A DNA stretch of 60,491 nt, counting the filler, from Sphacelaria rigidula (taxonomy: Eukaryota), in assembly GCA_964200075.2 (NCBI GenBank). It is 9 parts of 9 records of this genome, joined end to end, with 100 filler letters (N's around TTAATTAATTAA, not from the genome) between each part and the next. Parts side by side here need not be neighbours in the genome. Positions count along the whole stretch, not along the records: positions 47,130 to 53,760 come from CAXNAA020018946.1; positions 53,861 to 60,491 come from CAXNAA020018947.1; 7 more parts are not named here. One strand, given 5' to 3'. Within the stretch, counting starts at the first letter, position 1, and every line of letters starts with the position of its first letter. Made by a program: the position numbers and the translations under genes. The notes beneath the pieces were generated by a model. The model saw only the letters and a program-made list of their open reading frames with translations. It was not told the origin of the DNA and searched no databases. Below, piece after piece: positions 52,440 through 60,491 of this stretch.

Positions 52440-55310
52440 CGGGGGTGGAATCAGAGCAAGGCTGTCGCTAGGTACTGCTGAGGTGAACGCGTTCACCTTT
52501 CGCTCGTGATTTCATAGCTACTGCCATATTTGCTTAGCATGTTATCCTTCTATATTTTGGAACCCAACTTTCGTGCGTTTTTCTCTCCTCTGTGTTCAGT
52601 TGGACCTTTACGGTCAAGAATTGGCACGGTACGTGCCGCCGGGCACATAAGTAGCGCAGGAAGTAAGCGGATAGGCATTCTGACATCTCTGGTGCTGACG
52701 TGTGATGCATTGTTGAACTCTGTAGGGATGTGCACAACGCACAGGGGACCATGCGTACCCCAGGACTTGCTACATGTAATTCTTTCCACGTTGTGATTTG
52801 CGGTTTGTCCGAGGGACCCATCACCCTTTTTTTTAACGTCGTTTTCGATCGTGTTCTATCTCATGACTCGTGGCTGGATTCCTTTGGGAACAGTTAATGT
52901 GCGACAGTCAATGGAAGGGAACCAACCCGTCACGATTACTCATGATGACGGGCAGGAGAAGGTGTTTCTATTCTTCGTGTTTGAAGCTCTAAACCAATCT
53001 TGAAAACTGAAACATGCGTGCAAGATGTCAAGATTATTCTTGCTCGCTCATTCGTCAGCCCTCTCCGCTGGATGCTGTACTTCTCGAGATCGAATCCCTG
53101 GTGCTCAGCCGGGTGATCAAACACGGCGGCAAATTCCACGACGCATGTACGGCAATGCACGATATAAATGTGTGCTTGTCAACCTCCTATTGTCTTTTTG
53201 CGAGGATGCTTCTGGTCCACCGCTGTATTGTTGTGCGACAAGCATGGCATCTTCGCGCGCCGGTCTCGGCGTGTTTTTTTGTCGATTTATCTCTGCGCAC
53301 ATCACTTGGGAAACCATCCAAGTGAAGGTTCCAAAATATTCTCAGCTCAAGTGACCCACAGAGAAACCCCTGCTAGGGCCTGCTCTTATCCTGGATCCCA
53401 TTTTCAATGTAAAAAAAGCTTGAACCGAGTCTTCAATGTTCGTGGCCTGAAAATCTCTGCTGTACGAGTACATGCCTTAGGTTCCTGCTGCGAGTTTTAC
53501 GTGAAACTGAACATTTTTGTCCTCTCGTGAGGAGTGGCATATGCTCTATCTCGGTAGCGGCATCGCACACACTCCCGGTCAGACTAAAACCAAGCAAGTA
53601 CGTCTCAACCAAATGAGAACTTGTCTTATGTTTCTGGTAAGATGTATTCAAGTTTATTTTACATTTTTTTGCATTTCAATCAAATTTCAAGGGGGGATGG
53701 GGGGGGGTGTACTCGTGATCATGCTTGCCATAGTCATCAGACCATTGACCTTGCATCCCCNNNNNNNNNNNNNNNNNNNNNNNNNNNNNNNNNNNNNNNN
53801 NNNNTTAATTAATTAANNNNNNNNNNNNNNNNNNNNNNNNNNNNNNNNNNNNNNNNNNNNCGTTTGCAGCAATTTCGCCCACATGAGATGCGTGTAGCAG
53901 TTCGAAATCAGCTACGACGCGACTCATTGGGGCGTTATAGCTGATTTCGAACTGCTACACGCATCTCATGTGGGCGAAATTGCTGCAAACGAGCCCAATA
54001 GTAGGATCGCAGCCTGTTTGTCGGACAGTCTCCGGTGCACTTTCGGTGGGGGGGCTATCTCGGCATTAGTCAACGGCTCTCGCAAAATCTTCGCCAAAAA
54101 AACACCATGGATAAGGCGGGCTATACGCTTGCAACATGGAAGTAGCAATCAAAATAGCGAGGCTGGCTGTAGAGTAAATTACCACGCGAAGTGGAGAGAA
54201 CATATCTAAAAATGTAGAAAGCGAGAGGAGAGAAACGGCAGAAAATCAAGGGGTACCCTACGGCAGACAGGGGAAAACAAACAAACAATATGTGAGTCCA
54301 TGAAAGGAGAAAACGACGTAAAGAATGCATTGTGGGCTACGACTGCCAAACGAGGAAAACAAAGTGTAGAGAAAGCCGCAAAAATATAATAATGGCGGAG
54401 TAGGAAAGTGATGGCTATTAGAAAACAATATATTGAGGAGGGCAAGCGGGAGAGACGAAAGCGTATGGAAATGGCCGCAAATAAGAACAGCATAGTAGGG
54501 GAAGAGGTGACTAATGATATGAAGAAAAACAGAAGACAGAGGAAGCGGAGAGGGAATCAGCAACGGAAAAAACAAATAATAGGAGAGGGGTAACCCCAGA
54601 TCACTGACATGGTATGACGCGATACCAAATAAATTTGATATGACTTCCGGCATTGCGCAGGTACGTTCAGGGCGAGCAAAATCGAACAGCAAAAGCGGCA
54701 GGGGCGGACGGGGGGGCGTAGTGTCAGTGCGGGCTTTCTGATGTTCGTGTGCAATTCTGAAACCTCAAAAGAAATAAAGACGTAAATAGTAGATAAAAAT
54801 ATAATGAAATTAAATTTAAAATAAACAAAAATTTGGGTCACTGTGGAGGGAAGAGTAAATCGCAACGCTACAGTAGAGGAAGGGTGGACAAGACAAAATT
54901 ATCAATGCGTGAGCCCGGCATATGATATCTCACACAATCGGTATCTCTACTGTTGCCGAGCAACGGCACTGGTTGCCTCAAGTTTGCCGATGTGAAGAAA
55001 CCACGATGCCTCCGTAGTGTCGTGGCGAAAAGTTGTTTGCCCTATGAAGTGACGATAGGTTGCCCCATGACGTGAAGTGAAGATACCTCTTGTTGAGTAG
55101 ATGTGATGTGTCGAACTGTAGGCCGATGTGAAGATACCAGTGTAGTGGCGACATGTTGTGACGTGGAGCGGAGGCGAATCCAAAACGACTTGACCCAAAC
55201 AATGTCTTTTCACGATGCCGCACATCAATCAATTATTCATACTAGGGGCTTTTCGTCATTGCCGGGCGTAGCATGTTTTTCTCCCCCAGGGTGAGTGCAG
55301 CACAGGTGCT

Positions 55311-55560
55311 TGTGACGAAATCACGCCGTCACGTTGAGTATATAGTGATGATATGGATGATGGTTTGGGATCTGTAGTGATGATATGGATGATGACATGG
55401 ACACAGGGGTGATATCCTGATGCAGTTTATGGATCCGCCTGGGAGGCACTCTTGAATAATGAGAATATTATAAAGGCTGACAACTGAGACTGAGACCAGT
55501 AAGACTGGGGAGCCCCTCAACAGCAGTGATTCAAGAGTGCTTCCACTGGCTGGCGTTACA
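55311..55560 (+). repeat. 5' LTR of the Ty3/Gypsy element
   Basis: TGTGACG ... CGTTACA termini and TATAAA at 55469. Followed by CGATATCAGTGC (55565-55576), a 9/12 match to the tRNA-iMet PBS TGGTATCAGAGC. The 3' LTR is outside the window. Confidence 0.65.
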
Positions 55561-55666
55561 ATATCGATATCAGTGCTAGTGCTAGTGAGTGCTAGAAGCC
55601 TGCTGAAAAGGATCTCGTCGGAGTGAGTCTGGCAGCTGGGGACAACCTGACATCACGGACGCGTGA

Positions 55667-56052
55667 CAGGGGTTCAAAACACGGATTTTTACAAATTGGG
55701 GATGGATCTTTCATTAGGGATAACAAACCCGGAGAATTAAAATCTTTCTTTACACACCAAATCTTCGAGTACGGTTCCCTTACTTTACCTGCTGATAGCT
55801 ATTGAACCATTTTGGCGTCCGTTCGGACACCCGAAATTCCCCAAAATTGGTTTTTCACCTAGGACCCCAACATTTCGGTAATCGAAATCCAAATTTCTAT
55901 GGCGTGTAGCGGTTGTCAATAGATATCAGTAGGTGAAGAAATGAAACCATATTTCGAAGATTTGGTGTGGATACAAAGTTTTTAATTCTCCGGGTTTCTC
56001 ATCCCCAATAAAAGATCCATCCCCAATTTGTAAGATCCCGTGTTTCAAGCTG
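55667..56052. mobile_element. MITE inserted in the Gypsy leader
   Basis: ~135-bp imperfect TIRs (TTACAAATTGGGGATGGATCTTT ... AAAGATCCATCCCCAATTTGTAA). Its core matches the reverse complement of 26933-27000. Confidence 0.8.
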
Positions 56053-59000
56053 GTGGTGGTTGCAAAAAGGCGGCTAGCCTGTGATTGATCCGGACTGGAG
56101 ACTTGCTGAAGCTGCGTGCAGCGGGAGTTTGGAGGCTCCCATGACTGTGTGGTGCGGCGACGAAGCAAGGGAAGTGCAGTTCGCGAAGGTCCGCTGGCCT
56201 GCAGAGGTTCGCAGGTAGCCGGTTACAGCTACAGCTATGACTACCGGCTCACGTACCACAGTGACACCCGTGGTCATGTGGGAAGAATTGCGACTTCCCC
56301 AGTACAGGGATAGGTACCCAGAGAGTGCATCTCGCACTTTTTATACAAAATACCTAGAGTACAAGAGGCGTGTGGAGCACGCTAATACAGGGGGTGCCGT
56401 GCGGCATCAGGTGGTCACTATGGCTCAACAAGTACCGACTCATGTACAGAGAGTGTTCGCTCGTTTGGAACATAACGAGAGCACCATCACCTCGCCGCAA
56501 TTGGTTGCGGTGATCAAAAAGCATGCAGGGCATGCGGCGGGCGCCGAGGTAGATCCGATCCAAGCGTCCGCGGCCGTGGCGAAAGCTGTCGCAATGGATT
56601 CTCGGGGAAAAACGATGTTGGAGCGTGTTGAGCCCATCTTGGCTAATTTGGAGAAGTACTTGACGGAAAATCCAAACGTAGAACTAGTATATCGTTCCCC
56701 CGATGGTGAGTTCATTCTCGGTCCGGCAGCAGTAATCACTAAGGCTTTGGTGGAGGAGTTGGCACTGGAAAAATTCAAGCAAGCCGTGCTTGTCAAGCTG
56801 CAGCACCAATCAGATTGGAAAAACGACCCCTACCTGGTGATGAGCACCGTCGTGGCCGAGACCAAGGAGTGGCGGAAAATAGAGGTGTTCGGCCAGTCGT
56901 TCAATTCTTCGCCGAAAGTCTTCGCGCATCCTTAGCTCGAAATCGGCTGGTTGCGCCGCGAGTATTACTTGCCACCGCTGTGGCCAGGTCGGCCATTACG
57001 CGCGCGATTGCCCAACGTCTTCCGGTGGAGAGTCTGGGCACTCTAGTGCCGCGCGGCATCAGCATCGTCTGTACAAGGGCACAAGACCAGGTAATCGTGG
57101 TGGCGGCGACAGATCCTCCGGCGATGGAGGGTCGCAGGCGAGCCCTCAGCAGCAGCAGAACCACCAGCAGCAGGGGCAGCGGCGTCAGCATGGGCCTGGC
57201 TCTGGGTCCGGCGCCACCGTAAGTGCTGCTGCTTCGCAGCGGGCTGTGCAGGTGGGCCCGACTTCTACAGAGTCGAACACTGCGCCGGCGCCGGTGGTGG
57301 CGCGACGCCTGTTGACGCGCTGGTCGGAGGGTCGTCAAATTCTTGGTTTGCTGGCTAGGGGGCATACCCGCCGGCGGTGTCGTTTGAACCTGTCGGAGCG
57401 TCTTTGCCTGCACAGCTTGCGCAGCCGTGGCGTCTGGTAAGATTAGCGGCGCATCGGTCGGCGGATGAAGTGCCAGTGAAGTTTGCGGACAAGTACGTTC
57501 CTGCGGAGCTGTGTCTTCCAAATCAACGGGAGCGTGGAGCCATTGTGGTTCGGTCTGTGTTGGATTCTGGCGCCCACTTCACTAGTCTGCCAGTGCAGAT
57601 GCTGGAGATGCTGGAGCGACAACTCCCGAGTGTGCCGCTGCGCATGCCGTTTTCGCTCGGGGCGCAGCAGGGAGTCACCGCGTCAGGTCAGCATGTTTCA
57701 GTCACGGAGCGTACTGTTCCATTGCAGCTAGCCTTCAAGACTGCTTGGGGGCTGGCGCCGTTGCCTCCGATCTCGTTTGCTATTATGCCAGGATCGGATG
57801 GCGTTGTTCTTCTGGAGTTGCCGACGCTACAGGATCTAGGAGTCGACCCGTATAAACGGTTGAAGGATTCCATCAAGACGCGGATGTCTCCGCCTGGTCC
57901 GCACGTGGAGATACCCGCCTTTTTGGGCAGTCGTCGCGTGAGCTTGTCGGTGAATGCTTTTCAGGAGGCTAGGCCAGGTGACCGAGGAGCGGGATGCGGC
58001 GGTGGAACGCTTAGTAGAGCGCGGTCCGGATATGTTCATGGACCCGGTGGAAGAGGAGTCCGCTCGGAAGGTCGCGCTGGTGGAGAGCGTGACGGATGCT
58101 GTGGCCAAAGGCCTCAGCGTCCCCAAAGCGGAACGCCTGCGCGGCATCTTGCATCGCCGCATCAACGCGTTTCATCGTGCGCTGCGGGGTGATTCCCCTG
58201 CGCGAGTGAAGCCCATGCATGTTCAGCTGAAACGTAGGGCACCCGCGGTGAAGGCGAAGCCGCGGCGGTACGATCCGGTGAAGTCGAGCTGGTTGGCGTT
58301 GTGGATGGCGGCTCTTTTGGCGCTTGGGTTGATAGTGCGGGACCTGCAGGCGGTATGGTCCAGTCCGGCGATGGCGGTTCCGAAGAAAGACTCGTTTCGC
58401 CTGGTAAGCGACTACAAGGCCATAAATGATCAGGTTGAGAAGTCGCTGGGTGTGATGCCCAACCAAGAGTCGGACATGCGTGATCTCTTGAGTGCCGTTT
58501 TTTTGGCAAGTTGGACCTCCTCCAAGGTTATTGGCAGATGCCGTTGGCGGAGGAGGCGCAGGAGATTTTCACAATCACGACCCCGTTAGGCTTGTTTACC
58601 CGAAGCGAGTACCGCAAGGTGTGTTGAATGTCATGGCATATTTTCAAGGTATCATGACGGAACTGCTTGTCGGCTTGAAGTGCAAGATATGGGTGAATGA
58701 TGTATTTTTTTTCGCTAATACGGAAGACGAACTCTTAGATGCGCTTGATGCTCTCTTCGCCCGTTTAGAGAATGCTGGTTTGTTTGCGGCGGCGCACAAA
58801 TGCACTTTCTTCGCTAGTGAACTCGTATGGCGTGGGAAAGTGCACTCACACGGACGCGTATCTCATGACCCTGTGAGATTGCAAGGCTTGCCTGACATGC
58901 GGCGCCCGGAGACGGCCGCAGAACTCATGCAATTCCTGCAGGCCGTGAATTGGCTGCGTTCCTCGTTGCCGCGTATGGCAGAAACAGTAGCTCCCTTACG

Positions 59001-60491
59001 TTTTTTCCTCGAAGAACTCATGGCGGGTGCTCCGAGGCGGACGAAGCGTGTTGCAAAAACCGCGCTATTCTGCCTGCATCGTGAACGGAGGGTAGGTTGC
59101 AGGCGTGAGCGGCAGCGAAGGATGTGGTGGCTCACGCCGTGGCGCTGTTCCACCCTCGTCCTGATCGTCAGGTGCGCTAATATTTCCGGATGCATCTGAA
59201 TGTCATTGAGGTAGTTTCGTCACGCAGGTACCTCAAGCGGAAATGCAAAGACGCCTGCCAGTTGAGGACATGACGCATAAACCGCTGGCTTTCCTCAGTG
59301 GTAATTGTTAAGGGTTCGCAGTTGCGTTGGGCCACAATTGATAAGGGAGGTTTTGCATACTAAGCACTTTTCGTCGTTTGGGGCATCTTTTGTGGGATGG
59401 CGTGCACATTTTCACGGATCACCGAAATCTCGTGTATAGATTCAACCCGGAAGCGTGCGTTACGTCTGTGTCGAAAGTGTTGGCACAACGTTTGGAGGGT
59501 TGGAAAGCTGTTTTTGGCCAGTACCGTTACTTGATTTGCCATATTTCGGGTGACCGTAATACATTGGGTGACCTGCTTTCGCGTTGGATGAATATTCCGA
59601 TTTGCCTGCGCGCGCTGTGGCTGTGTATGGTCCGTGTGAACCTGATGACTCGATGCCGTCCATATCTGTTGTCCGCCAAGCGCAACGAAAACATCTTGGG
59701 GCCGAAGATGCGGATGTGTAATCTTTCGAGTCGGACGTTGGTACTGCTATCTTGGACAATGAAGGTCTGTTTCGTGTGCATGTGCGTGGCCGAAACGGTT
59801 TGTGGATTCCGAGTTCTGACAAGCAGTCGCAGGTACGTCTGATGATTTGCGCGCACATGTGCGACGCTGAACATTGCGGTGTGGCTGCGACGCTCGTGCG
59901 TCTGCAAGAGTTTTGTGTCTGGCAGGAGATAGAAACTCATGTGCGCGAATTTGTCTTCCAGTGTCTTCACTGTGCTTACTCGAGGGCGGGCGATGTTGTT
60001 CCCCGCCCGCTCGGCAAAACAGTCCATGGGACCACGCCGAATGAAGTCGTTTATTTTGACTTCTTGCTCATGGGCGAGAGTGGCCCGCTAGCTTCCCAAG
60101 GTTTGTCGGAGGATGCTGGGTTTCGATATATTTTGGTAATCATGGGTGATTCGAGGAACTTTGTGGCTCTGGAACCAGTAGCCGTGTGTACTGCTGAATC
60201 GACTGCTGCGTCTTTGCTGAATCGGTGCAAACCTTTGGGGGTGCCGCGTGTGTGGGTGAGTGATACCGCCACGCAATTCAATAATGCGATATTGGCCCGA
60301 TTGCAAGAGGCTTTGCGCTTTGATCCCCAGTTCGCGGTGGCGTATTCTCCGTGGTCTAACGGTACGTGCGAATGCATGGTTAAGAAGGTAGCTCGTGCTC
60401 TTCGATCTATTCTTCTCGAGCAGCGTCGAGAGGTGACCGAGTGGGTGGACGTGTTGCCCGCTGTGCAATGGGCGCTAAATACAGCATATCG

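Larger units (their letters stand above)
55311..60491 (+). mobile_element. Decayed Ty3/Gypsy LTR retrotransposon (gag-PR-RT-RH-INT), 3'-truncated by window end
   Basis: Gag ORF from 56237; CCHC knuckle CHRCGQVGHYARDC at 56970; protease LDSGA at ~57560; RT WSSPAMAVPKK..RLVSDY, LDLLQGYWQ, PQG, WVND; RNase H PDAS and FTDHRNL; integrase HHCC, WVSDTATQF and SPWSNG. Many frameshifts and stops. Confidence 0.95.

Overview
Eukaryotic, repeat-rich genomic DNA, most likely a brown alga (Phaeophyceae). This is inferred from short exons in kb-long introns, a 72-nt LRR exon, TTAGGG repeats and the repeat families. The window is not contiguous: it is nine contigs of 6633-6631 bp, sorted by length and joined by artificial 100-bp spacers (N44-TTAATTAATTAA-N44), so nothing can be inferred across spacers. 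Recognisable host genes are the 3' exons of a membrane-anchored C69-family peptidase, the 3' exons of calreticulin (ending HNEL), two D2-domain exons of NSF, one LRR exon, an intronless giant-virus-type ankyrin-repeat gene and a possible signal-peptide first exon. The rest is mostly transposon-derived: a decayed Ty3/Gypsy element, LINE fragments, mariner-like fold-back elements, MITEs and minisatellite-bearing TIR elements. The most notable observation is a LINE plus a probable partner SINE. Their structured 3' ends finish in a C-run instead of poly(A), and they insert with target-site duplications at a CT^CCC(C)T (G-strand AGGG^AG) motif; an empty-site paralogue is present in the same window.
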